DNA of 63,491 nt, filler included, from Thraustochytrium aureum (taxonomy: Eukaryota), in the NCBI GenBank assembly GCA_012862495.1. It is 7 parts of 5 records of this genome, joined end to end, with 100 filler letters (N's around TTAATTAATTAA, not from the genome) between each part and the next. Parts side by side here need not be neighbours in the genome. Positions count along the whole stretch, not along the records: positions 1 to 13,295 come from BLSG01000296.1; 6 more parts are not named here. One strand, 5' to 3'. Under the pieces are notes generated by a model. It saw only the letters and a program-made list of their open reading frames with translations. It did not search any database and was not told the DNA's origin. The translations under genes were made by a program, and so were the position numbers. Below are positions 1 through 13,395 of this stretch, piece by piece (positions within the stretch are counted from its first letter, which is position 1; each line of letters opens with the position of its first letter).

Positions 1-661
1 GGGAACAGTCAACTTGAGGCAGCGCTCCGTGGCGTACTCCAGAAGCGCTGAAGCTCGGAGCTCGGTCCGTTTTCCATCGCCTGCTTGCTGGAACGGAGGT
101 GGTTAAATGCCTTGTTCGCTTTGCCTACTGACCCATTCTCTTTGGGCGCGTCGACCTGAAACGCTCGGACAGCCTGGGTCGCTGTGCAGCGCAAATTGCC
201 CCCAAGATGTGTCCGTTGCGCCAGCCACTCACGCTCGATCCAACCCGGCTCGGAGGCGAAACCGCCGCTTCCTCCGCACAGGCGAACAGCAGGGCTGACC
301 ACGAGAGAGGATCTGGTGTTTCAAGGTACTCTCTTCTTACTAGAGATGTCCGTTTATGGCATAAACGCTGCATGCGACCAGAGCGGCGTCGTGGAGTTGA
401 GCAATCGCGTTCTGAGGCGGTCTATCAGCCCGACGCCAACGCCGACGACTCCTTCGATGTCGGCGCTTTCCTGACCACTCTACACATGCACGACTGTCGC
501 GAGTCCAGAGCCGAGTTGAGTGCACTTGAGGTTTGGCCAGCTTCGGACAACAGAAGCGAGGCCTCGCGCCGGGCCGGCGCTTCTCTGCCAGAGCAACAAG
601 AATGACAATCCGTTCCATCTCGAATCTCCATCAAATCGCAATTTCTCTGTGTGGGCCGAGC

Positions 662-3192
662 CTACTTGTCAGCCTCGGAGCGGCGGCGCTTAGTGCGCTT
701 GCTCGTCCCAGGTATGGAGACAGTGATCTTGTTTGGGATCGGAGGGTTGAAGCCTCCCTCTCTGTACGGGTCGTACGCATTAAACAGGCGCTGCGGGCGT
801 TCGTCCGGCTGGAGGAAGGCCATCTCGAGGGCGCGCGTAGCAAACTCGCGCACCTTTGGATGGTAATGGAAGCGGAACTGAGACAAAGGCCACAACGCTG
901 GAGCATCCTGCTGCAGCAAAACAGGGTCCACGTTGCCCTCAATGGGCGGCAGCAGTCCGAGGGCCAGCGAGTTGCCACCCTCGTCCTGCTCCGCCTCCCC
1001 ATCCAGTAGAGGGCGACACACGCTGCTGTAGCGGAGCATGAGCTGACGAACGCAGGCCAAGAGAGCCAGAGCAGCGTGTGGCGAGCAGGTCAGAGCAAGA
1101 ACAGACATGCGCGTGACCACGGCGGCCACGCGGTTGTGCTGGTACAGCTTGCGACCAAGAAACACAGCTTCAACGCAGCGCACCGTCAGTGGCACGAGGT
1201 CGTCCCGCTCGGGAACCGAGCTCGCCAAGCGAAGCATGGACCTGTACAAGTAGGCCACGTATTCGCTCTCGTCCACCTTGAGCTCGCTGCCCCNNNNNNN
1301 NNNNNNNNNNNNNNNNNNNNNNNNNNNNNNNNNNNNNNNNNNNNNNNNNNNNNNNNNNNNNNNNNNNNNNNNNNNNNNNNNNNNNNNNNNNNNNNNNNNN
1401 NNNNNNNNNNNNNNNNNNNNNNNNNNNNNNNNNNNNNNNNNNNNNNNNNNNNNNNNNNNNNNNNNNNNNNNNNNNNNNNNNNNNNNNNNNNNNNNNNNNN
1501 NNNNNNNNNNNNNNNNNNNNNNNNNNNNNNNNNNNNNNNNNNNNNNNNNNNNNNNNNNNNNNNNNNNNNNNNNNNNNNNNNNNNNNNNNNNACGTCCTTC
1601 CGCACGAGATCGGTGAGCGCAGATACGAGCGCCTGCGCGATCTCCAGGTTGATGAGGTGGACGTAGCGGGCCACGCCGCGAAGGACAACGGCCATGAGCG
1701 TTGACTGCGGCGCCCGCTTCAGCACGCGCAGGAAGAACGTAAAAAGCTCCCGAAGGGCCTCGACTTGGTTGGCATGCCGCTCGAGTTCGTCCACGCCGGC
1801 GCGCGACTCCTCCAGCCCGGCAGCGAGGTCGTCGTTCTCCTTGCGCTGGCGCTTTTTGGCCTTCTTCTTCTTCTGAACCTGAGCAGCCCGCCGCTCGTCC
1901 TTGAGGTCCGCTTTGAGGTCGCACTTGAGCAAGGCACGGCACATGTCCGGGTGAACAGTCCCGAGGAGGCCGTGGTTGCGCGCGCGAATAAACTTGCTTA
2001 TATACGAGACGATTTGCAGAGTCATGTCGCCCGACACGTCTTCTTGCAGGAGCGTCGACACGCAGGCGCAACACTGGGCGCGGACTTGGTCCACTGGCGA
2101 GTTCATGCGTGGGATCACGTTTGCCAAAAGGTTTTCGCGAAAGTTGAACGTTGGCTTGGACACGAGCATCGTGCACATGGCGCGCACCGCGACAAGAACT
2201 TCAGAAAGCCCCTGTGGCGCGGTCGAGGGCTTGCCCTTGCCTTCCAGAGACGGCCGGTGGTCAAACTGCCTTTCGCTGGGGCCGAGGCCGGCCACGACGA
2301 TATTGTGGAGTGTCCCGAGAAACACTTGGTACGACTTGAGCAGAGCCGCTTCGTACTGGCGGAGCAGGCGAACTTGCTTTGACAAGGTTACTCCCTTCTC
2401 CTTCTCCTTTGGGGAGACAACATGGATTCTGTACCCCGGCAGGATGTCCTTGAAAACGGCCACCAGGGACAGCACTGCCAGCTTCCGCACCGTCTTGTCG
2501 GGGTCCGAGGACGCTATCGCAGTAAGCATTTTAATCATGCTTCCGCCACCAAGAGCCTTGCTTTGCTGCACGCCAGCCTCTGGCTCGCTCGTGATGCCTT
2601 CGGCTAACCTGGCGATTTCCTTGCGCATCTGCTCTCGCCTCAAGATCAGCGCCGCTGCGTTCAGGGGGCGTGTACTCGCCCCTCCGTCATCGGTCCCGTT
2701 CGAAGCGGGACCTTTGTTGACGCCTCTCGCGCCGTCCTCTTTTGCTGTTTGTGCTTCTGCTTCCTCTGTGGCCCGGCGCTCGGCTTCTAAAGCCGCGGCC
2801 TCGCGAGAGGCTTGCTTGGAGACGCGCTCTCGCTTTTCGCCTTCCGCCCAGACGAGGCTAAACACCCGCCTCCGGCGCAGGTCTTCTGCGGACTCTTCGA
2901 CTTGGCGCTCGAGCTCGCCGCTCTCGTTCTTCACCGGCAGCCTGTCCACGGTTTCCCGCGTGTTCCAGGCATCGGTGGACGCCGCAACATCTCGTGGCGC
3001 GTCCACGCTGTCCTCGCCCTCCCCAAGCTCCTCTTCGTCGTCCCTTTCATCCTCGCCGATGATCTCTTCCCGAGCGGGGGCGCGCCAGTCCTCGCTCTTC
3101 ATTTTGGCCTTTTTCTTCTTCGGCTTGCTCGTGCGCGGGCCGCCTGCCGGCCGGCCGCCTGCTGGCCGCCCGCCCGCCCCATTCACGCCCAT
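662..3192 (-). CDS. NOC3: Nucleolar complex protein 3 (NOC3/CBF-Mak21 family), interrupted by an N gap at 1294-1591
   Basis: Motifs RLPVKNESGEL, KLAVLSLVAVFKDILPGYRI, LSKQVRLLRQYEAALLKSYQVFL, FNFRENLL, LRGVARYVHLIN and, after the gap, LWPLSQFRFHYHPKVREFA. The ATG at 3192 is inferred. The frame change across the gap is explained by an estimated gap length. Confidence 0.93.
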
Positions 3193-4223
3193 CCCGCCGA
3201 CTGGCGTCGCCGCCGCGCCCAAACTGCGTCAGCAATGCGTCGCAGACCGGGTCCACCACCGCGCAACGAGCCCGCTCGCTCGCTCGCTTGCTCGCTCGCT
3301 CGCACGGCCGCCGTCGTGCAGGCCGGCCTCCTCGTGGTGGGCGCCGCGGCAAGCCCAGCGCACTTGCCCGGTGCAACCAGGTCCTGCGCAGCGAGCCGCC
3401 CTGCGACGCTTTTGGTCTCTCGCCGATGCCACTCGGCCGCCAATGCCGCACTGGCGCGCCGCACGCCGTCGAGCGCTCGAGCTCGAACGAAGTGCGCGAA
3501 CTCGTGCTCATCACGCACGGCCACCCGCTGCGTCCGACGCGCAGAGTCGTCCGGCTTCGGACGGCGGGTTGTCTCGCGGGTCAAAAAGAGTCCACTGGCA
3601 CTTCATCACCGTTGCCATCGTCTCGCGACGGCGCTCTTCAGCTCGCGCGCGCGCGCAGGGACGCCCCGTCGTTGGCTGCCTGAGGAGTCCTCGGGCTGGC
3701 TGGCCGAGGAGGCTGCCTTTGCCCGTTTGGGGGTCCTTTGGAGTGGTCAACCCATGAACACCACGCAGACCGATCGTCATCATCGTCGTCCGGTTCCAAC
3801 GGGGCTGGGCTCTTCGGCTTGCAGCTTCCGACGCGCGCAGAGACGTCCCGTCGCCAGTGGTGCCCCGACACAGGCTGCCTTTAAACTTTGGAGTCTTCTT
3901 CGTCGCCCCGATTACAAACTCGATATCACGATGGGTTACATACAGGCCATCATCGCAGTGAATGACGAAGGCCCCGTTGGGCTGGCTTGCCGATGGATGA
4001 GCCAGGACTTGCTGCTGGAGGGAGCCTAGGCGTGCTGCTGGAAAGCGTTTCGCGAGCATGATTGCGAGGAGCGCGCTCCGGTGCTGTCGAGGGTGTTTAC
4101 GGACTCGTGCTGAGCGCCTGCCACGGTCAACTTGCGAGACAGGTTTACGGTTGGTTGATGTGAGCTGTCAGCGGGCGTCCGGCTTGGTGGGCAGCGCGTC
4201 GCGAGAGTCAGGTGTCGCGAGAG

Positions 4224-6396
4224 TCAGGTGTCGGCTTGCGTACGTGGAGGCCGACGCGGAGGTCTAGGCGGCGGTGCTGCAGCATCACCGGCCGTCGGCA
4301 CAGAGTCTGGCTGGCTTGGAGGTTGCTCGCTTGGGTCTGGCTGGCTGGCCCTCGGCACAGAGTCTGGCTGGCTTGGGTCTAGCTGGCTTAGGGAAGGGCT
4401 GCGTGCTGACAGTGGCGAGGAGGGCGGAGCGGGAGCGACTGGTGGTGTTCCAGGCGCGCCGGGGGAGGCGGCTGCAAGAATCTTTGTGAGCTGGTCGTTT
4501 CGGTCGCACTCGGCTTGAAAGTCTTTCACGGCCTGGAAAAACCTGCGCTGGTGCTCGACGAGGCCGCGGTATTCCGCTTCATTGGCAGCTCGTAGCTCTT
4601 GGGCGCGCGAGAGCTGGCCCTGCATCTGGCGCTGGCGCGCGCGCAAGCCCTCGACGATCGAGCGGAACTGTGCGAGAAACTCCTGCTTGCCGCGTTCTGA
4701 ACGCATAGCAGAGACGATCGACTCGTTGATGCTCTCGAGCAGCGAGGCCTCCTTATTCAAGAGCTCGAGGGTTGTCTCGAGCGTGTTGTACGTTGTGAGG
4801 TGCTGCCGGTTCTCCTCGAGCTTGACAGCAAGACTCTCGTAGAGCTCGACGAATCGACGTTCGTACTGCGCGAGTTCGGCCCGTGCCGGAACGTCATCGA
4901 TGCGCCTTGCAAGCTTGGCCGCGTCGCGGGTGAGCTCAGCGAGCAAGGCGGCCATGCGGCTGCGACGCCCAAGCACCTTGTCGAAGCGAGCCTCGGCTTG
5001 CGCGAGTCGCGGATCGGTTTTTGCCGCGCGCAGTCTCGCGCGCGCGTCCTCGAGCTCGCCGTGAAGCGCCGCGAGCTCGGCCTTTCGCTCGCCTTTTAGA
5101 GCCTTGTCCCGCGCACGGACTTGCTCATGCTTCTCAACAAGAGCGCGAATGCGCTTTACGAGGCCCTGATCTTGTGCGCTGCGTTNNNNNNNNNNNNNNN
5201 NNNNNNNNNNNNNNNNNNNNNNNNNNNNNNNNNNNNNNNNNNNNNNNNNNNNNNNNNNNNGTGCGCTGCGTTCGAGGGCGTCAAGTTTCGCAAGTTCGGC
5301 GTTGGCGTCCTCAATTTTTGCGCGCTCGGCCCCAACCTGTGCCAGGACGCTCTGCGTTGCCTGGCGCGTCTCCGAGCACATTTCGGCAGCCTTGGCCGCC
5401 TTGCCGCGCGCGCGCGCAATCCGCGCTGCGAGGCCCGCGGCCCGTCGCTTGCAAAGGAGTGCGCGGCCTGCCTCGGTCTGGGTGAGGGCGCGCGCAGCGC
5501 GGAGCTGTCCGGCAGCGAGTGCAGACTTGTAGCTCTCGTCGGCAGCTCGTAGCCGTGCAGCCTGTGCGGGATCTTGTGCCACGGCGCCGAGCGGCGCCGC
5601 AGCTCTCCCGTATCGAATGCGGCTGCTTGTCGCAGCAGGCTCGCCTCGGCGCGCTCGGCGCGCTTTCTCTTCTCTAGAATTTCAGCTTGCGCCTTGCGAA
5701 CCATGGCCTCATACTTGGCTTCAAAGCTATCGGGGCGGCGCGCAGTCGAGGTGTCGAGCTTCGAGCCAGGTTTGGTGGCGGCAGGCAGTGCAAAGGTAGT
5801 CTGTGCCTTGCTGGTGCGCTCGCCAAACTCCAGCAAAACCGCGCGAACTCGGCCCTCGCGATCCGCTGGGTCAAGGCAGAAGTGTCAACGCGAAGAATTC
5901 GGCAAACACGCTGTGTGCTCACGCATGGCGGACTGCGCAGAGGCAATCGTGCGCTTGGCGCGAGAGTCTTGACGTAGTGCTGCTCGGCAAGGGCCCGTGC
6001 GTACTGCCCTGTCGCGTCGCGTGTATTGCTGACCTGGCCGGTGAGCCAGGCGACGATGGGGCAAAGAGCGGCGTAGTCGCCACCAGGGATTTGGTGAGCC
6101 TGCAGCGGATACGGGCACTGCATCGCCCGGAGCGCCGTGACGACATTCTCGGCGAGCTTGATTTTGCGGCCAATGCTCAGCGCCTCTTGGAAGAAGAGAT
6201 CAACTTGCACGTTTGCGCCGCTTGCAGTGATTGCCCAGCACAGCCCGCCCAGCACCCTGTCGAACGCGGAGAGGGGCAGCCGCGCTCTGTGGTACCCCGC
6301 GAGAAGCAGAGTCTCTACAACCTCCTCCAAGGCCGCAGCCCTCTGCGCGTCCTGCTCGCATCGCCCGTTGCTAGCCTCGCTGGTGCCAGGCAGCAT
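4224..6396 (-). CDS. CCDC93: CCDC93 (CCC/Commander complex subunit), with two apparent 1-nt frameshifts (~5875, ~5608) and a false gap
   Basis: N-terminal LLLAGYHRARLPLSAFDRVLGGLCWAI...FFQEALSIGRKIKLAENVV.AL..MQCPYPLQAHQI, middle DREGRVRAVLLEFG and C-terminal RIDDVPARAELAQYERRFVELY...TYNTLE all match CCDC93. They are spread over ORFs 5674-6666, 5156-5836 and 4224-5582. Confidence 0.93.
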
Positions 6397-6709
6397 CGCC
6401 TTTGCCGAGCGTTGACCAGCTTCTTCGCGCCTCGTCCGACGCGTCCCGAGGATTGCTGGGGAATGGTCGACGACGACGACACCCGCGCGCCCTCTCGCAA
6501 CAAGCGCGCCGGGCGCACAGCGCGGCGCCTGGCCCTGGCCGCCTCGGCGTACTCTGCGGATCTGGCCGGTGGGCGGCCACTGGGGCGTCGGGACCTTGCC
6601 AGTATGCGGTGGCGGCTTTGGCTTTCGGCGAAAGCAGAACACGATGACCAAGCAAGCCATGAGCAAGGCAAGTGTTAGGGCAGAGCAGCTTCGTCAATCT
6701 CCGTTGGAG

Positions 6710-8433
6710 TTAGTAATACAGCACTTTGCTTTCGATGGAGCTCATTGCGAGCTGCACTGCCTGCATGATCGAGAACGGGAAACGCACGTCGAGCGTGTAG
6801 TGGTCGACGTTGGGCTTGGGGCTCTCGCACTTGCCGAACTGCACCGTCGGGCGTCGCTGGTGCGTCTCGGGGGGCGTGGAAAGCTCGTGGCGAGCCACGT
6901 TGTCTTGGTCCGTGTAGTCGATAAAGGTGTTTTGCAAGCGTGTGCGTGAGGGATCGAGCTGGAAGTTTTTCACGCTCGCCTCAGTGACCCGGCCGCCAAA
7001 GTCCAGGATGTGCGTGCCGAGCTCGTGCGAGTAGACCGGCTTTCGGTTATGAAAGCACAAGCAGCCCTCGGTGTCAAACCTGTCCAGCTTGGACTCGAGC
7101 GAGCCGTCGACTTTCGCCTTGGACGGGATGAGGAAGATGCCGAGGTCGGCGTCTCNNNNNNNNNNNNNNNNNNNNNNNNNNNNNNNNNNNNNNNNNNNNN
7201 NNNNNNNNNNNNNNNNNNNNNNNNNNNNNNNNNNNNNNNNNNNNNNNNNNNNNNNNNNNNNNNNNNNNNNNNNNNNNNNNNNNNNNNNNNNNNNNNNNNN
7301 NNNNNNNNNNNNNNNNNNNNNNNNNNNNNNNNNNNNNNNNNNNNNNNNNNNNNNNNNNNNNNNNNNNNNNNNNNNNNNNNNNNNNNNNNNNNNNNNNNNN
7401 NNNNNNNNCTCTTCGATTCGTCGAATTCGTCTGTCTCCGGCCCGCTCGACGAAGCGGACCCGCTGGAGGCTGCAGAGCCGGGCGCCCTGCCGCCTCGCTC
7501 GTGTCGGGGATCGCGCGGAGCAACGATGGCCGGGATTGCAACGAGGAGCTGTCTTGGGTGGCCGAAGCTGCACTCAAACTTGGCGAAGAAGGCGTCGCGC
7601 TTCACAGGAACGACGCCCGTGCCAGACTTGAAGCGGCGCGAAAAGTCAAACCCGCGGAACCCGGTACCCCACCAGTTGGTGGCTTCCATCTTGCCGACGA
7701 GGTGCGACGTCTTCGTCGTGTCGATGCGGCCGTGAAAGGTTTGGGTGTCGGCCATGGCAAAAATGTAGGAGGCCGTCTTGTTTATGAAGCCGTGCGTGCG
7801 GCGTTCGACGAGCATGACGAGGCGGTCTGTCGCGAGATCAGCGAGGCGGGGGCCGCTCGCACTTGCCCCGGTCGCGCTCGTGTCGTTTACGTTGGTGAAC
7901 CTCGCAAGGCCTTCGTACTTGACACGCTTGTCGGTGATCCGCAGCTCCCAGACCTCCGTATTCGAGTCAAACAGGCCCAGGCCCGCAACTCTGTAGTTGG
8001 TAAGGCTGCACTCGCATGTGCCCATTGTCAGGGGGACTGGCGCCGTCACGAAGTGCTTGACGTCCCGAACGTGCTCGCGGTGCATTTGGAGGGAGAGCGG
8101 CGTTGGCTGGTACTCGCCGGCCGAGTCGTGCTCATGGTCTTCCGCGTTTCTGCTACCGGTATCGTCGCCGGTGCTCTTGTCGTCATCCTGGTTTCCTCCT
8201 GCGATCTGCGAGCAGCTGTCGCGTCGGGCAAGCGGTGTTCCAGCCCCCCAACGCACCCCTCGCGAGCGCCCAACGCTCGGCGAGACGTGGGCGCTCTGCT
8301 CTGGCAGCAGCTTTGCGTGCGGCGTGCCACGGCGCTCCGTTTCAGCGTCGCCTTGCGCGACGTCCACTCGGAGAGCTCGTTGCATCTTGCGCGACAGCTC
8401 CGCTTCCTCCTCGGCCATCCGGTGGAGCTCCAT
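6710..8433 (-). CDS. Tubby-like protein (TUB domain), with an N gap at 7156-7408
   Basis: C-terminal NRKPVYSHELGTHILDFGGRVTEASVKNFQL...VQFGK...YTLDVRFPFSIMQAVQLAMSSIESK is the Tubby signature. Upstream VGKMEATNWWGTGF also fits. Confidence 0.92.
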
Positions 8434-9534
8434 TCTTCCGTGCGGCCACGAGTCCAGCAAAGGTTCGCGACCACGGCCAGGCCGGCGCGCTCGCGTCGAT
8501 CGAGCTTTCACAGGTCTGCCTCGTGCGACGTGCGCCCGCTCTCCGCTCTCCGTCTTCGGCCGCGTTTCGACCCTGGCTGGCAGCGCTTGCCAGATGTTAC
8601 CGTTTTCATGTGTACGAGTACTCTTTGTTCGAAGTACGCTACGTAGGGTATGGACGACGGTGGCCGGCCTTTGGCGAGACCTGCACGCCGCCCGCGCTGC
8701 AGCTACCTGTCCAGCTCGGGCCGGGCTTCAGTCTCCCTCGCCTGCGCGGCGTTCTGCATTTTCTTGCGCAGATCGTGCCAGGACCTTGGCCAGGGCGTCG
8801 TTCTCCAGCGCTCGCTGCCGACCATGGAATCCGTCGTCGCTGTACTTCAACGACAACCTCCCATTGCCAGGCTCGGTGGAATCGCGCTGGCCGCGCGCTT
8901 GGCGAATCGATGCCGCCGCCGCCGCTGCCGCCAATCGCGTTGCAGCGTGCGCTGGGGAGAGCGTGGAACGGCCGGGCTGGGAACGCCACGCCGCCAGAAC
9001 GGATGGGTGGCCAGCGCAACCCGAGGCCACTGGTTGCTGGCGCTTGCAGGGATCGTCTGGCTATCGGTTTGTTTAGTAGAGAGGTTGCTTGGTGCAAGCA
9101 ACTCGATCCGGGTCGCCGTCAAAACCCTTGGCAGGCTTGAATTCTCGCATGCGTTCGTCAGGCTCATGAGCTCGCCCTCAGAAGCCTTTGGTTGCGATTC
9201 CGGCTCCTACGGGACCAGGTTGGGGTCTCTCCAGCAGGCGGCGTCCGTCGCGCGCAGGGATGCCCCGTTCCAGGCTGCCGAAGGAGACAGCCAAACCCAT
9301 TTGTCTCTAGCAGAGTCGTTGCCAAAGGGCGCGCAGGGCAAGCTCGAACTTGAGAAACCCTCAACACATCTCGCGTTGCGCCGTTCCGCTCGTCGTTGCT
9401 CCGCTCGGCCGTGCTCGAAGTGTAGAAATGGGTTGCCGTCAATTTGGTTCGAGAGCGCTGCGCCTGCAGATTGTTTAAAAAACAACATGATTGATGGATG
9501 GATGTGTTCACACCTACTCTCGCTCAACCGAACG

Positions 9535-12328
9535 CTAGTCGGTGATCTGGTCAGCGATGAAGGGGTGCGAAAGGAGCTGCTTCGCGGTTGCGCGACCCTC
9601 TGGCGCGACGACGCAGCAGGCGTCAATGAAGGCCTTGTATTGGGTTCCATTGAGGCTCGCTCGGGTTGGCGGACCCGTCGTGGTTGTACTCAGGAAGAGA
9701 AGGGCAGGGAGTGTCTCCTTGAGCTGTGGCCAAGGAGCGTGTGCGGTCGACATCTCCACCACAGTGCATCCGAGCGACCATATGTCCGCAGGAAAGCCGT
9801 GGCCAGTTTGCATAACCATCTCAGGCGCCATCCAGAGCACAGAGCCGCGCATATTGTACAGAGTCGCGGTGGTGTCAAGGCTGTTCAGCTGCTTTGAGCA
9901 GCCAAAGTCGGCGAGTTTCGCTACCCCGTCCGCAGTGAGCAGCACGTTGCCGCTCTTGATGTCTCGATGGATGATCCCGTTCGAATGGAGGTATTCAACG
10001 CCCGCAGTGATGTGTGCAGTAACCTTTGCCGCAAACTGGGCAGAGAGACGACCGTGGGTCTTGAGCAGCTCCGAGAGCGAGCCCCCCGTGACGTACTCGA
10101 GGAAAATGTCAAGCTCGTTGTTGGGGCCGATCGAGCTGCCGTAATATTGCACAATGTTGGGGTGCTCGAGGTCTTTCATGACTTCGATCTCGCACTTGAT
10201 TAAGCGAGCACGTTCTTCATCAAAGTTGTGATTGGCGAAGCACTTGACAGCACATCGCTCGCCCGTTTCCCAGTTGAGGCCAAGGAAGACTGTGCCGAAC
10301 ATGCCGCGCCCGATCTCTTTGCCGCGACTCCAGAGAATCTTCGGGCGCGCCTCGCGGTCTGCTCCAGATCGCCTGCCTGAATTCCCACGCTCGCGGCGCA
10401 CGGCGCGGCCTTCTTGACGAGGGGCGTCGCTGGCAGGATTGGGCACGCCCTTGCGCGGGGCGGTGCCTGCTGCGGTTGGGGACGAAGCCGGAGACACAGT
10501 TGGGGAGGTGGAGGCCGTTGAGAGAGTTGAGATGGCGCCACTGGACTCGTCCGAGATGCTGTCGCGCGAGCTGTGCAGTTTTTGCTCAGACTCGAAGATG
10601 CTGTCCGGACGCGACGAGCTGCTGTAGGACCGGAGACGGCTGATCATTGGCGGGTGCGGGCGTGCGCTTGCCGGAGGCGAGCTGCTCAGGTGCGCGTTGA
10701 GGCGCGGTTTGGTCCCTTCGGCCCGGTCTTCATCTTCGTAGGCACGGGGCGCGTCGGGCACGGCGGGCACAGGCTTGTTGTGGACCCACTCCGCGGAAGG
10801 TGGCACAGCAACGCGAAGGTTGGGCCTGCGAAACGCAGGGCCCTCCTGGCGCGCGCTCCGGTATTCGGAGGGGTGTTGCTCACCGACCTCTCGTTCGGGC
10901 GTGGCCTTGTCCCAGTCCTCGCTTTGCGCATCGTCGTACTCTTCTACGCCTTCCACGTCAACTACGCCGTCGAAGTTGTCCAGCGCGCCATCTGCAGCGC
11001 GCGCGTCGGCGCCCAAAGGATTGAGCCGCTCCTGCCTGCTCTTGGCAAAGCTCTCGCTCGTGCTGCTTTTGCCACCCATGTTCGGCGAGAGCGCGGAGGC
11101 GCAGCGCCGCAACTCCTTCAAATCGGTCGTACCCCCGACGGAGTACTGTGCAGCCCTTTCCTCGAGTATGTCGTTGGTGCTGCTAAAGTTCTTGGCAGCC
11201 ATCCCTTGACGAGCGCGGCTCGGGGAGAAAACCGAAGGGCCCTTGCCGTCGTCGCGCGTGCCCGGTTTGCTGTGCCCTTGGCCCGCCGCTGGATTCAAGA
11301 GGCGCTGGTTGCTGGAGCGCGGGGAGATACGACGCCCGCTGCGCGGGGATTCAGGAGATACGGCGGGCAAGTTGTCGGTGTTGCGGCGCCTGGGCGGTCG
11401 GCGCGCATGCGCCTGCGTCATCTGATAGGTCTGCGTGCTCAGCTCTCTTGGCGGCCCCGACGGCGCGAAGAGCCCGGCGCTCGCGCTCTCCTGCGGTCTG
11501 AAGGGCGACTCGACCTGCTGAGGCCGACTAGCTAGGCCCAGCGCACTGAAATCCTCCATCGCTGATGCCCCGCCTAGAGGTAGCACGCTGTGCGAGGCGC
11601 TGCGACGGTGATTGGCGCGGCGCTTTGAGAGGCCCCGAGTCGCGCCCCGTCAGCGCATCGCGCTTGGTCGTGTCAAGCCCCAGGCTGGCCATGCCTAGGT
11701 CGGCGCCATCGTTCTCAACATCCTCTTTCGAGGAGTCGGTACTGGGCTTGCTGGGAGGCTCTGCGCCGGCCGTCTGCCGTTGGTTGCCTTGCTCTGGAGC
11801 GTTTTCGTCGGCCCTAAAGCCCGGTGAAGTGCTACTCTTGCTCCTCAATCGCGTGCGTTGAGCGCTGTCGCCATTCCTGAGGCTTCGGGGCGAGATTTGC
11901 TGTCGCATTGGCCTTTCCAGCAGGTCAAACGATGACATTGGCCGACCGAGGCTTCGCGACACCTGGTTGGACAGCAGGCTTGGCTTGAAGCCCGGCGATT
12001 TAAGCGAGGGCGGTGGTGGTGATGCGCTCTCGTACAACGGCTCGCGCTCGGGGTCACTCCGGGCAGAGGGTTGCGAGTTTGGCTGGTGCCGAATGGTTCG
12101 GCCCCCGCGCTTGTGGATGCTTTGGCCTTGCTCGTCGACCTTTGCGTTGCCGCTCCACCCAATCTGCGCGCTGCCCCAGAAGCGCCCTCCCGTTGCTGGC
12201 GACGCAAGCAGGAAGCTCTCCGAGTCGCCGTCCGCGTTGGCGTTGCTCGGCGACAGGTTGTTGCGTCCCCTCGCGCCCGGGGTCGAGCGCGGCGGCGTAG
12301 GCCGCAAGGCCTCGTGCTGTCCCGCCAT
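9535..12328 (-). CDS. STE11/MEKK-type MAP kinase kinase kinase with a long disordered N-terminus; apparent frameshift at ~11625
   Basis: Kinase motifs WSRGKEIGRGMFGTVFLG, CAVK, HPNIVQYYG, IFLEYVTGGSL, IIHRDIKSGNVL, KLADFGCS, GSVLWMAPE, ADIWSLGCTVVEM. Removing one base in the run at 11624-11626 joins ORF 11528-12442 to ORF 9535-11586. Confidence 0.92.
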
Positions 12329-13339
12329 ATCTGCCCGTCGCCAGCCAGCCTCGATCCGCAGCCGGCGCCTCTGCGGCCGCGTCTCGCGCTCTCCCTCCCT
12401 CGCTCGCTCGCTCTGGCGCTCTCGCCTCGCTTGCTTTCCCACGCACTTGCGCGCTTGCGTGCCAGCGTCGCAGACNNNNNNNNNNNNNNNNNNNNNNNNN
12501 NNNNNNNNNNNNNNNNNNNNNNNNNNNNNNNNNNNNNNNNNNNNNNNNNNNNNNNNNNNNNNNNNNNNNNNNNNNNNNNNNNNNNNNNNNNNNNNNNNNN
12601 NNNNNNNNNNNNNNNNNNNNNNNNNNNNNNNNNNNNNNNNNNNNNNNNNNNNNNNNNNNNNNNNNNNNNNNNNNNNNNNNNNNNNNNNNNNNNNNNNNNN
12701 NNNNNNNNNNNNNNNNNNNNNNNNNNNNNNNNNNNNNNNNNNNNNNNNNNNNNNNNNNNNNNNNNNGCTTCCCTGCTGCTTTTTTCAAAGGCTCGGAGGG
12801 ACACGACGGTCAGTGAGAGGGGAAAGTGCGGTGGGAGGGAGACTCTGAGGCGATGCATGTGTCTGCGAAGGAGACGGCAGCCCAGCTCTCTCTCGCTCTC
12901 TCCATGCGGGGGCTCGTAGGTATGTATGTCTACGAGTAAACCCCGCAGGCCCTGAGGAGGGAGAATCGCGCTCAAGCCTGTCCGCAGGTAAAGGTATACC
13001 GCCGCACCTACGAGCAAGATATCCGCCGCAGAGGGGAAGCCAGTGGCAAAATCGTTTTTGGACCGTTTTGCCTCAGACCCTCGCGTCGTTTTTGTCTCTG
13101 TTCGTTCGTTGGTTCGTTGGTTCGTTGGCTTGGTATTCGGAAGGAAAAACTCTCGCCTCAGTGCGGCTCCTCAGGGCCTTGCATGCCGGGTATACTTTCA
13201 GCAGCGGGCATTCAGCGAGGAACTCGCACATTGGCCGCACGCACTGCTCTTCGTTCGCTGTCAAGAGTAGCGTTTGTCGTGGCACTTGAGCGCTTNNNNN
13301 NNNNNNNNNNNNNNNNNNNNNNNNNNNNNNNNNNNNNNN

Positions 13340-13351
13340 TTAATTAATTAA
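13340..13351. other. Artificial scaffold linker TTAATTAATTAA in N padding (also 29104-29115, 47122-47133, 54549-54560, 58332-58343, 62331-62342)
   Basis: The same 12-mer, which has stops in all six frames, sits in short N runs six times. Confidence 0.97.
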
Positions 13352-13395
13352 NNNNNNNNNNNNNNNNNNNNNNNNNNNNNNNNNNNNNNNNNNNN

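Noticed and set aside
1..605. Possible C-terminus of a plus-strand gene
   Set aside because: It needs several frame switches and matches no family I recognise.
1976..3757. Long antisense or alternative-frame ORFs (e.g. 1976-3757, 7501-8646, 10573-11535, 16411-17622, 52794-53855)
   Set aside because: They overlap recognised genes and are expected shadows of high-GC codon usage, with Arg/Ser/Ala-rich translations and no motifs.
3511..4059. 182-aa minus-strand ORF between NOC3 and CCDC93
   Set aside because: No recognisable domain, and the second half is low-complexity. It may be a small gene but is unsupported.
5867..5934. Possible intron explaining the first CCDC93 frame change
   Set aside because: The best GTGAG..CAG candidate is 57 nt and does not change frame. 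A 68-nt alternative works but removes sequence that aligns plausibly, so a one-base deletion is simpler.
8650..9530. ORFs on both strands between the Tubby and MAP3K genes
   Set aside because: Competing frames with no motif, so neither strand can be supported.
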